Below are positions 55,993 through 64,000 of a stretch of DNA of 64,000 nt, piece after piece. Source of the DNA: Minisyncoccota bacterium. Its GTDB lineage: Bacteria; Patescibacteriota; Minisyncoccia; Phycocordibacterales; UBA9973. The notes under the pieces were generated by a model. The model had not been told where the DNA came from, searched no databases, and saw only the letters and a list, made by a program, of their open reading frames with translations. The position numbers and the translations under genes were made by a program. Each line of letters starts with the position of its first letter. Position 1 is the first letter of the stretch. Where the stretch lies: contig DASZSN010000019.1 of the NCBI GenBank assembly GCA_035548655.1, positions 15,245-79,244 on the forward strand, written 5' to 3'.

Positions 55993-58022
55993 AAAAGTTT
56001 TTGATTTTAGTTTTTTCCTTTTGTCTCCTTTCAGCAACGCATGCGTTTGCGACTGAGTTTGACTTCAATGAAACAGGCAACACCATCCACGTCACCTCTG
56101 GTATGAACCATGCGATCGTCACACTCACTCACACTGGCGACGTTTCGGAAACATCTTCCGGATTGACGATCTGGACCACGAAGGCAAGTGATGGGTCTCT
56201 TACGGGAAAAGTGTTCGACAGCGGATCATTTACTGTGCAAAAAGGGGAGGTACGGACATTTACTATCACCGGATTGGTACAGAACAAAACGTACTATGTA
56301 CACAAAGCGGGAGATACAAAAACATTTGTTTTCTCTACGGAATTTTATAGCGTTGGCGGCGTACCAACAGCCGACGGGTCTTCGGTTTCTTTTACTTCTC
56401 AGATACCTAACGATGAAAAACGTTCCCTGTATTTATTTTTTTCAAAAACAATCATTGATCCAACTGTTGTATCGGTCGATCTGCTTAGTTTCCCAAAATA
56501 TTTTATACAGCAATACCCGACGGGTTCTATCATGCAATCATCGGGGTTTACCAATCACAACTACACACAAACGACCGTTCCGCTTCTTCCCGATATTGAA
56601 CAGGGTGGTTGGGTCTATGTCTATCTCGCCGCAAAAAACAATGACGGGTGGGAAATTTTGACACCTGGCAATTTGACCCAGTTTGGCAAAGAACAAAAGA
56701 TTGTTGCCGCTCCGCTTACCTTCACATCAAGCGACACCACCATGACCATTTCCGGAAAAATCGATTGTTCGGTACACCTCAATTGTCAGCAATTCAAAAT
56801 TACCCTTGAATACGCTCCCGTACCAACCCCGGGGGATAAAAACGAAAACAAACCCTTTGGCACGGACTTGAGTGCGATGCCGTTTGGAAGTACCGGAAGC
56901 AAACAGTTGACCGCGACTGTCGCCAGTGACGGAACATATTCATGGAAAGTTCCCGACCTTGTTCCCAGTGGAGATTATTATTTCAGACAAATCATTACAA
57001 CTCCCGCCGGCGCAACCGATGTACAGGTGGGCGACTTTTATAACGATTCACGCGGATTCATACCACCCAATACCCCTGCGGCGCAAAGTGATGAGAGTAA
57101 ACAAAGCTATCATTTACTTGCGCCGATTCCCGGACTTTCGGTGCTCTTTGATCCCGAACTTTGTTTGAAAAAGCTTGCAGGAGGAATGACCCCGACGAAA
57201 CTTTGCAACTACGACGATCCGAGTGGGGTAAACGGGTTTCTAAATTATATATTCACGATTCTAATCGGCGCCGCGGCGGTTGTTTTGGTGATTCGTCTCA
57301 TTATTGAGGGATATATTTTTGCAACAAGCGACACTCCTTTTAAGATAGCGGGGGCAAAGGCAAAATTTTGGGAGGCGTTTTTCGGACTCCTCCTCGCACT
57401 CTCGGCATGGATTATCCTAAACACCATCAATCCGAAGTTGGTAGTAAATAGTGTCAATATTTCTACAGTAAATGTTGATATTACTGAGGTAGCGAAACAG
57501 TTCGGCGCAATATTTTCAGGGGGTGATGGAAGAGACCCGTCCTATAAAGGAAATCTCCCAACCGGAACTGGCGTTCGTGGTATAAGAAACAAGAACTATG
57601 GAAATCTTTTAACACCTCCTCAGTGGCAAGGTCAAACAGGAACAGATATATACACCGATAAAAACGGGGTTACTTATCAGTACGCAGTTTTTAGTGACCC
57701 TATCATGGGGGTGCGGGCATTAATGGTGAACCTGGAAACGCAATATACGCGGCCGGAAAACAGTTCGTCTCCTCACTGGAAGACACTCTCTCAGCTTTTT
57801 AGTTATTATTCCAGTACCGACACTAACCATATTTATGCCACAACCGTATCACAAAATTCAAAAATTCCTATCAACGTCGATGTTGGTCTTGTAAAAAACG
57901 GTATTGTTGATAAGGGGGTGTTGTATCCGATATTGCGCTCGATCTTTATTGTTGAGTGTGGACAAAAAATAGATATCAGTGACGCTCAGCTTGATGCCGC
58001 ATATCAATTGGCCTTTCCCTAA
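55989..58022 (+). CDS. Secreted beta domains + VirB2/TrbC-like pilin hairpin + lysozyme-like C-terminus
   Basis: YHLLAPIPG, two-TM pilin (...AKAKFWEAFFGLLLALSAWIILNTINPKLV), RGIRNKNYGNL...F.DPIMGVRAL. Confidence 0.75.
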   Translation: MKKFLILVFSFCLLSATHAFATEFDFNETGNTIHVTSGMNHAIVTLTHTGDVSETSSGLTIWTTKASDGSLTGKVFDSGSFTVQKGEVRTFTITGLVQNKTYYVHKAGDTKTFVFSTEFYSVGGVPTADGSSVSFTSQIPNDEKRSLYLFFSKTIIDPTVVSVDLLSFPKYFIQQYPTGSIMQSSGFTNHNYTQTTVPLLPDIEQGGWVYVYLAAKNNDGWEILTPGNLTQFGKEQKIVAAPLTFTSSDTTMTISGKIDCSVHLNCQQFKITLEYAPVPTPGDKNENKPFGTDLSAMPFGSTGSKQLTATVASDGTYSWKVPDLVPSGDYYFRQIITTPAGATDVQVGDFYNDSRGFIPPNTPAAQSDESKQSYHLLAPIPGLSVLFDPELCLKKLAGGMTPTKLCNYDDPSGVNGFLNYIFTILIGAAAVVLVIRLIIEGYIFATSDTPFKIAGAKAKFWEAFFGLLLALSAWIILNTINPKLVVNSVNISTVNVDITEVAKQFGAIFSGGDGRDPSYKGNLPTGTGVRGIRNKNYGNLLTPPQWQGQTGTDIYTDKNGVTYQYAVFSDPIMGVRALMVNLETQYTRPENSSSPHWKTLSQLFSYYSSTDTNHIYATTVSQNSKIPINVDVGLVKNGIVDKGVLYPILRSIFIVECGQKIDISDAQLDAAYQLAFP

Positions 58023-58046
58023 TGGCCAATATAGTACAATAAAGCC

Positions 58047-59315
58047 ATGCGTCGTCGTATTTCAATCATCATTGTCATTCTCCTCGTCGGGGTAATTGCG
58101 TGGCGTGTCGCGGTGAGATTTAAACAACCAACCACAACCTCTCAAACAACTGGTGGAATATTTCAGACCATTTTTCCCGGCAGAAGCAGTACGCCATCGT
58201 CTGACACGATCACTCCATCGGGTACGATAGGAAACGCAGGGGACACTGTTTCTACAGGAGAGGCTGTCCCTTTTTCATCATTAAAACAACTCACTCACAG
58301 TCCCGTCGCCGGCCTCACGTTGTATACGAGTTCAAAAACAGTTACCGTTCCCGCGACTGACCCAAAGAAAAAATCGACCACTCAAACGCTCGTAGAACGA
58401 ACACTGCGATATGTTTCAAAAACCACCGGGTATGTATACGAAATAAAAGATGGTGGTATTCCACTTCAAATAAGCAACGTCTACATTCCAAATGTATACG
58501 AGGCATCGTTTGCCGATGGGGGAAAAACCGCATTGTTGCGTTTTTTACGAGACGACAGTGAAACAATCGCCACCTACAGCGTACCGATTCCCGACGCAAA
58601 TCCTGATGGTACCCGCACGCAAAAAAGCGGTACGTATCTTCCGGATGATGTTTTTTCTCTTGCGGTTTCTCCTGACGGAACGACGGTTGGTCGACTGACG
58701 TTTGGCGCGAACGGAACAACACTTTCGACCAGTGACTCGTCGGGAAACAAAGGAAAGACACTCCTGACCAATCCGTTTCATGGCTGGCTTCTGTCATGGC
58801 CACAACAGAATAACTTTTACTTACAAACAAAAGCATCTGCCTCCGCTGATGGATTTTTGTACCGAGTGAGTACGACAGATAAGCGTCTTCGAAAAGTGCT
58901 TGGAAACATTTCCGGGCTTACGACGTCGGTGAGTCCGAGCGGCACGTATGTCTTGTACTCACAAAGCGGGCAGGGGGGCTTTTTGACACGATTACTCAAT
59001 ACAAAAACCGGCGCCACAAAAGCGATCGCCGAGTCAATCCTCCCTGAAAAGTGCGCATGGTTAAAAAACGAGGATTTGATCTGCGCGGGAAACGACTCAG
59101 TCCCGCAAGGGCAATATCCGGACGATTGGTACATGGGGCTTGTACATTTCTCTGACAAGCTGTATCACATTTATACAAGTGCGGCTGTGATCGACACAAT
59201 CTACGACGGCGGAGATCAGTCATTTGATGCAACAACCCTTACAGTCGACGAAGACGCACGTGTCGTTTATTTCATAGACAATGGAACGGGAGCATTGTGG
59301 CAATTTTCGTACTAA
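58047..59315 (+). CDS. Membrane-anchored beta-propeller (TolB-like) protein
   Basis: TM; AVSPDG, SVSPSG, LPEKCAW, YPDDWYMG. Confidence 0.75.
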   Translation: MRRRISIIIVILLVGVIAWRVAVRFKQPTTTSQTTGGIFQTIFPGRSSTPSSDTITPSGTIGNAGDTVSTGEAVPFSSLKQLTHSPVAGLTLYTSSKTVTVPATDPKKKSTTQTLVERTLRYVSKTTGYVYEIKDGGIPLQISNVYIPNVYEASFADGGKTALLRFLRDDSETIATYSVPIPDANPDGTRTQKSGTYLPDDVFSLAVSPDGTTVGRLTFGANGTTLSTSDSSGNKGKTLLTNPFHGWLLSWPQQNNFYLQTKASASADGFLYRVSTTDKRLRKVLGNISGLTTSVSPSGTYVLYSQSGQGGFLTRLLNTKTGATKAIAESILPEKCAWLKNEDLICAGNDSVPQGQYPDDWYMGLVHFSDKLYHIYTSAAVIDTIYDGGDQSFDATTLTVDEDARVVYFIDNGTGALWQFSY

Positions 59316-60031
59316 GACGTTGCGGCAAGTTTCGATCGAACGGTTTTTCTAAAGTACAGTTCTTGTGCGATGGAGAAAAGGTTTGCGACTGTCCAGTAGA
59401 GTGATACTGCGGCGGCGAGCTTGCTTGCGATGAAGATGATGATGAGTGGGAGAACGTAGCGCGTCTGAAGTGAGAGGCTTTTGGTGAAGCTCGCTTGAAA
59501 TCCTTTTTCGTCAGCGCCGGGAGTCGTCGGTTTCGGTGCGAGAAACGCCTGGATTGCCTGCGTCACACCGGCAAGAATCGCGAGGGCAAGAAATGGCTTG
59601 GTGATATCGAAAAGTCCGAGAAATGTGTTTTTAAGCCCGTCTATTGAGAGTGCCGAGTAGAGGTGATCTGGTTGATAGATTCCTTTGATAAAAACATAGT
59701 AGAGCGCAAAAAGGATGGGGAGTTGGATGAGAAGGTAGAGACAACCGGAAAATGGGTTTATTTTTTCTTGTTTATAGAGTGCAAATGTTTGCTTTGACTC
59801 TTCTTCTTTTGAGAGTTTTTTTGCTTTGATCTCGGCGAGCTTTGGCTCGAGAAGCTTCATTTTATATTGACTGACAATGCTCTTTTTTGAAAGTGGAAGA
59901 ATAATGAGGCGGATAATGACCGTAAGGAGGATAACGGCAAGCCCGACATCCTTGAAGGTGACGTGTTGGGCGATAAAAACAAGGCTGTTATAAATCGGTT
60001 CGTAGATAAAGTTGTTCCAGAGGGTATGCAT
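59312..60031 (-). CDS. yidC: Membrane protein insertase YidC
   Basis: GLAVILLTVIIRLIILPL, INPFSGCLYLLIQLPILFALY, LYW. Confidence 0.95.
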   Translation of the reverse strand: MHTLWNNFIYEPIYNSLVFIAQHVTFKDVGLAVILLTVIIRLIILPLSKKSIVSQYKMKLLEPKLAEIKAKKLSKEEESKQTFALYKQEKINPFSGCLYLLIQLPILFALYYVFIKGIYQPDHLYSALSIDGLKNTFLGLFDITKPFLALAILAGVTQAIQAFLAPKPTTPGADEKGFQASFTKSLSLQTRYVLPLIIIFIASKLAAAVSLYWTVANLFSIAQELYFRKTVRSKLAATS

Positions 60032-60045
60032 AGTTCTTTATTGTA

Positions 60046-60312
60046 TCACGGTAAATCTACCGCCGGCTCGTTTCCGGGGTGACAGCGACCAATGCGGTTG
60101 ATCGACTTTTTAAACGCCATACCAAATGAGTATTTTTTAAAACACTGTAAAGAATATTCGGAGCACGTCGGGTAAAAAATACAGGTTGGTTTCGGATAGA
60201 ACGGAAAAAATCGAAAGACACCAGAGGAGGGGGAGAGTATCTTCTGATAAGCGACAATAAGTCCGATCATAATGCTATTTGGAACTTTTTTGAATTTTTT
60301 TAAGAAGGTCAT
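60046..60312 (-). CDS. yidD: Membrane protein insertion efficiency factor YidD
   Basis: YQKILSP, CIFYPTCSEY, RIGRCHP. Confidence 0.93.
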   Translation of the reverse strand: MTFLKKFKKVPNSIMIGLIVAYQKILSPSSGVFRFFPFYPKPTCIFYPTCSEYSLQCFKKYSFGMAFKKSINRIGRCHPGNEPAVDLP

Positions 60313-60604
60313 TGAAACATTCTCTTATTGTTTCTTTCTGGAGTGTTGTTGCCTGTTTTGAAACGTAGAGGATTCCGGAAATGGGTTGCGTTTCTTTTTT
60401 GAAGAGGGAATAGATGGCGCGACGAAGCGCGTTTCGCTTCGTCGCGCGCTTCTCGGCCTTGCTCGCGATCACTACCGAAAACCTCTTTTCTTTTGAGGGA
60501 ACAAATTTTAGCGTTCCAAGTTGATTGTACACAGAGCGAGCACTTTTTTCTGACAAAAATTCCTCAAATTGCTTCCTTGTAAAACGCTCCTTCTTTGAAA
60601 GCAT
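60275..60604 (-). CDS. rnpA: Ribonuclease P protein component
   Basis: MLSKKER, RFSVVIASK, ATKRNALRR; rpmH-rnpA-yidD-yidC synteny. Confidence 0.9.
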   Translation of the reverse strand: MLSKKERFTRKQFEEFLSEKSARSVYNQLGTLKFVPSKEKRFSVVIASKAEKRATKRNALRRAIYSLFKKETQPISGILYVSKQATTLQKETIRECFNDLLKKIQKSSK

Positions 60605-60607
60605 GGG

Positions 60608-60742
60608 TTAAGCGGCAAGTTTTGCTCGACCTTTCCCTCGGCGGCGGGAAATGGTCTTGCGCCCACCTTTCGTTTTTGTTCTAGTAAGAAAACCGTGGGT
60701 TTTGGCTCTTTTGCGCTTTTTTGGCTGGTAGGTAACTGACAT
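60608..60742 (-). CDS. rpmH: 50S ribosomal protein L34 (not in the ORF track)
   Basis: [44 protein letters not shown]. Confidence 0.97.
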   Translation of the reverse strand: MSVTYQPKKRKRAKTHGFLTRTKTKGGRKTISRRRGKGRAKLAA

Positions 60743-60752
60743 AATGGCGATA

Positions 60753-60826
60753 CTATACACAAAAAGTCTCTTTCAATCAAGCCTATCCTTATTGCTATAA
60801 TCAACATTATTCACATGTTATTCACA
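60753..60826. promoter_or_regulatory. DnaA boxes upstream of dnaA
   Basis: TTATTCACA at 60807 and 60818, CTATACACA at 60753. Confidence 0.7.
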
Positions 60827-60864
60827 ATTTCTGAAAAAGGAATAATGTGGGTATGATTGTTGTC

Positions 60865-62202
60865 ATGGATGACTGCGTACAACTTTGGAGTACATGCCTT
60901 TCTGAAATAGAAAGCCAAACAACGAAGGCAAATTTCTCAACGTGGTTCAAAAATACATCAATACAAAAAATCGACGGTGGGGTAGTGTTCATTGGCGTTC
61001 CAAATGAATTCGTCAAAGAGTGGATGCTCACCAAATATCAAAAGCTTATTTTAAAAACGATTGTTGACCACGCTGATTATGTTCGTGGAATAGAATTTAC
61101 CATTAGTCGTGTCTCGCCATCGGTTACTGAAAAGATTTCGATGAGCCGCCCCAACGAACTTCCACTCCAAGATATTTATATCAACCACGAGGACAATCTC
61201 AACCCGCGATACACGTTTGATCGTTTTGTTGTTGGACCGTTTAATGAGCTTGCGTACGCTGCCGCACAGGCGGTAGTACGACGTCCGACACAGTCATACA
61301 ACCCGCTTTTTATCTACGGTGGAAGCGGTCTCGGAAAAACACATTTAATTCAAGCGGTTGGAAACGAAGCAAGGAAAGTATTTCCTGACAAAAAAGTGCT
61401 CTACACAACACTTGAGAAATTTTCCAACGACTATGTTGCCGCGGTACAAAACAACCGACAACAAACATTTCGAGAAAAATATCGAAAATACGACCTCTTG
61501 ATCATTGATGATATCCAGTTTGTTTCCACAAAACAAAGCACCCAAAACGAACTCTTTCATGTCTTTAACACACTCTATGAGCAGGGGAAGAACATTGTTT
61601 TTTCGTCGGATAAGCACCCGAATCACATTATCGGACTTGAAGATCGTTTAAAGACCCGTTTTAGCGCAGGAATGACCATTGATATCCATGAGCCGGACAT
61701 GGAGTCCCGCCTTGCTATTATCCGAAAAAAGGTTGATCAGGTGGGGATCGCCATCCCCGAAGAAGTGCTTTCGTATATTGCCTCTGTTGTAACAGGGAGT
61801 ATTCGTGAGCTTGAGGGTGCACTCAATATCATTTTGATGCATTCGGAATTAAAACAAAAACCAATCAGTGTTAGTGAGGTAAAGACATTGATTCGAAACA
61901 GTATTCGACCGAAAAAGAATATTTCTGTTGATTCGGTTGTAAAAACAGTTTCGGATTATTACAACCTCGACGAACGAATGATTTATGAGAAAACAAGACG
62001 AAAGGAGATTGTTCACGCGCGACAGATTATTATGTTTATGCTTCGTGAAGACTTTAATGAATCATATCCATCAATCGGCGCAAAGCTTGGAGGAAAAGAT
62101 CATACCACCGTCATTCATTCCTATGAAAAAATTAAGAATGATCTTATAAGTAATCCAACACTTATGAAAGAGATTGAAGATATTCGTATCTTGTTTAAAT
62201 AA
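60865..62202 (+). CDS. dnaA: Chromosomal replication initiator DnaA
   Basis: LNPRYTFDRFVVG, YNPLFIYGGSGLGKTHL, LLIIDDIQF, RELEGAL, GGKDHTTVIHS. Confidence 0.98.
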   Translation: MDDCVQLWSTCLSEIESQTTKANFSTWFKNTSIQKIDGGVVFIGVPNEFVKEWMLTKYQKLILKTIVDHADYVRGIEFTISRVSPSVTEKISMSRPNELPLQDIYINHEDNLNPRYTFDRFVVGPFNELAYAAAQAVVRRPTQSYNPLFIYGGSGLGKTHLIQAVGNEARKVFPDKKVLYTTLEKFSNDYVAAVQNNRQQTFREKYRKYDLLIIDDIQFVSTKQSTQNELFHVFNTLYEQGKNIVFSSDKHPNHIIGLEDRLKTRFSAGMTIDIHEPDMESRLAIIRKKVDQVGIAIPEEVLSYIASVVTGSIRELEGALNIILMHSELKQKPISVSEVKTLIRNSIRPKKNISVDSVVKTVSDYYNLDERMIYEKTRRKEIVHARQIIMFMLREDFNESYPSIGAKLGGKDHTTVIHSYEKIKNDLISNPTLMKEIEDIRILFK

Positions 62203-62386
62203 TGTGGAAAACGACGGAATAAATTAGATGAAAAAGTATGTAAATAAAAATAAGAAAAAATAATATGAAAAATCTGCAATACAATCCACAACAAGCATTC
62301 CTAAAAGATATTGAAAATAAAACATTTTCTTTTGTTTTCCCCAATCCACAGCATATACATATCTATTACTATAATACTTACATACT
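62203..62386. other. Probable oriC (dnaA-dnaN intergenic)
   Basis: AT-rich; TGTGGAAAA 62203, CAATCCACA 62282 and 62342, then a CTATTACTATAATAC trio-like tract. Confidence 0.75.
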
Positions 62387-63484
62387 ATGAAGATAGAATG
62401 TGGAGTTGAAAAATTGAAGAACGCGGTACTACTCACTGATCGAATGACGGGGAAAAATCTCACCCTTCCCATTCTCCACGCGCTCCTCATCACCGCAACC
62501 GGAAAAACACTAAAAATAAAAGCAACAAACCTCAATGTTGGGATTGAAGTTGAAATTCCTGCGACAGTGAGTAGTGAGGGGTCATTATTAGTAAAAGGTG
62601 ATGTGATTGCAAACGTCTGCAATCACCTCGATGGTGCCGAAACGGCGACACTTGAACTAATACATGACAATCTTTCAATTAAAACAAAAAAGAACAGCAC
62701 AATCATCAAGTGTCTTCCACAAGAGGAGTTTCCAACCCTTCCGATAGTTGAAGGAGAATCCTTTTCCATAAAAGCAACCGATCTATCAGAGGGTATTCGG
62801 TCGGTGTATTTCTGTGCGGCAACGACGGATATAAAACCGGAAATCGCGAGTATTTTTATTCATAGCGAAGGAGGGGTGACGTCGTTTGTTGCCACCGATT
62901 CATTTCGTCTCGCGGAGAAAAAAATAAAAATAAAAGAGGTTCCTGAGATCAATAAAATCCTTATCCCATATAAAAACATTACCGATCTCCTACGCACCGT
63001 TGATGCATTTCCTGACACAATTCGAGTGGCGTTTAATAAAAATCAACTCTCTCTTTCAGGAAACGGTATTTATTTCACCACACGATTGATTGATGGCGCG
63101 TTTCCTGAATACCAACTCATTATTCCAAAAGAAGAAAAAACAAAAGTGGTGGTGATGAAACAAGAGATTCTCAACACCCTCCGACTCTCCACTGTTTTTT
63201 CTGATAAATTTCTCCAAGTACTTTTCACTGCCGACCCAACAAAAAAACAAATCACCATCCAATCAAAAAACACCGACATTGGATCAAGTGACTCCTCAAT
63301 CGATGCGGTAATAGAAGGGGAATCAATTGAGGTGAGTTTTAACTTAAAATATTTTCTCGATGTGTTTCAATCAATCAATGGGGACAGTATCGCAATATCG
63401 TTCACCACACCAAACAAACCTATTGTCGTGCGAAGTGTTCAAGACAATTCATTTCTCTACCTCCTTGTTCCGACCAACCGGTAA
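62387..63484 (+). CDS. dnaN: DNA polymerase III beta clamp
   Basis: LPILH, ATNL, EEFPTLP, VATDSFRLA, RLIDGAFPEY, FNLKYFLD. Confidence 0.97.
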   Translation: MKIECGVEKLKNAVLLTDRMTGKNLTLPILHALLITATGKTLKIKATNLNVGIEVEIPATVSSEGSLLVKGDVIANVCNHLDGAETATLELIHDNLSIKTKKNSTIIKCLPQEEFPTLPIVEGESFSIKATDLSEGIRSVYFCAATTDIKPEIASIFIHSEGGVTSFVATDSFRLAEKKIKIKEVPEINKILIPYKNITDLLRTVDAFPDTIRVAFNKNQLSLSGNGIYFTTRLIDGAFPEYQLIIPKEEKTKVVVMKQEILNTLRLSTVFSDKFLQVLFTADPTKKQITIQSKNTDIGSSDSSIDAVIEGESIEVSFNLKYFLDVFQSINGDSIAISFTTPNKPIVVRSVQDNSFLYLLVPTNR

Positions 63485-63489
63485 CTATC

Positions 63490-63741
63490 ATGTCACTTTT
63501 TAAAAAAATTCTTGCCGACATCCAAGAATCAATACAAGGTGAGGAGACAAAGAAACTGCGCATCACTTCAATCATCAGTGATGTGTCGGGAGTGTCAGTC
63601 TCAACCGATCAATTGATAATAAAAAAAGGGGTGGTGTATCTCACCATTCCTCCAACCATAAAAATGGCGGTGCTTTTAAAAAAAGAATTGATTATAAAAA
63701 AGTGCAACGAGCAATCACTTTCGATTGGAGCAATCAACTGA
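63490..63741 (+). CDS. Small protein, possibly DciA (DUF721)-like
   Basis: IKKGVVYLTIPPTIKMAVLLKKELIIKKCN; immediately after dnaN. Confidence 0.5.
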   Translation: MSLFKKILADIQESIQGEETKKLRITSIISDVSGVSVSTDQLIIKKGVVYLTIPPTIKMAVLLKKELIIKKCNEQSLSIGAIN

Positions 63742-64000
63742 TAGTGAATTTTTTCGATGTAGTAAAACGATTGTAAATAGTGTCGGTGCCGACCACCTTG
63801 ATCTCATGATCTCCGGGTAAATACCCATAATCACCAGGTGAAAATACAAACCGAAATGGAGCTGAGAGGGTGGTCACATAATCACCATCAATATACACAT
63901 CAGCTGATTTCAACCCATAGGTTCCGGTAAACGAGATTGAAACTGTTTTTATATCAGACGTTCCCAGCTGGTCAGGAAGTCCCGAAATCGAAACAATCCC
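63734..64000 (-). CDS. C-terminal Ig-like domain of a gene entering from beyond the window
   Basis: Open frame ...ADVYIDGDYV...APFRFVF...GDHEIKVVGTD...FTIS*. Confidence 0.6.
   Translation of the reverse strand, partial: GIVSISGLPDQLGTSDIKTVSISFTGTYGLKSADVYIDGDYVTTLSAPFRFVFSPGDYGYLPGDHEIKVVGTDTIYNRFTTSKKFTIS

Noticed and set aside
1-64000. CRISPR array or cas genes
   Set aside because: No regularly spaced 25-45-nt direct repeats or Cas motifs noticed
1-64000. Alternative genetic code (TGA=Gly, as in Gracilibacteria/Absconditabacteria)
   Set aside because: Conserved genes are full-length under code 11, and xth and yidD end in TGA at the expected C-termini
1-64000. Prophage or IS element
   Set aside because: No terminase, capsid or transposase motifs recognised

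Overview
Origin-proximal 64 kb of a small-genome bacterium, most likely Patescibacteria/CPR (Parcubacteria-like). This is inferred from gene content, leaderless -10-only promoters, the CPR-type T4SS-like cluster and an FKBP-less trigger factor; the standard genetic code is used. Contents: a type IV pilus locus (prepilin, PilC, PilB); Ig/PKD surface proteins; housekeeping genes (nusA, ppa, tig, rpsO, Xer recombinase, xth, CCA-adding enzyme, HU, rny, clpP, comM, pcrA, rsmA, yidC, yidD, rnpA, rpmH, dnaA, oriC, dnaN); a 7-tRNA cluster (Arg, 3 Gly, 3 Pro); a stand-alone VirD4-like ATPase; a ~17 kb VirB4/PrgI/VirB6/pilin secretion-like cluster; and AT-rich ORFans with their own promoters and terminators. 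Five signals stand out. (1) Seven parS-like palindromes lie in one codon phase inside the CCA-adding enzyme gene, with an eighth nearby. (2) An intact tRNA-Pro(TGG) with a 15-bp extended acceptor stem is nested inside a degenerate second tRNA-Pro. (3) A structured ~180-bp element after tRNA-Gly(TCC) carries inverted and direct copies of the tRNA 3' end, with a decayed homologue after tRNA-Gly(CCC). (4) A four-helix-bundle gene bracketed by inverted short-repeat arrays sits in the secretion operon. (5) A DUF3800 gene abuts a convergent promoter-hairpin, a candidate small RNA. All calls come from reading motifs by eye; no database searches were run.
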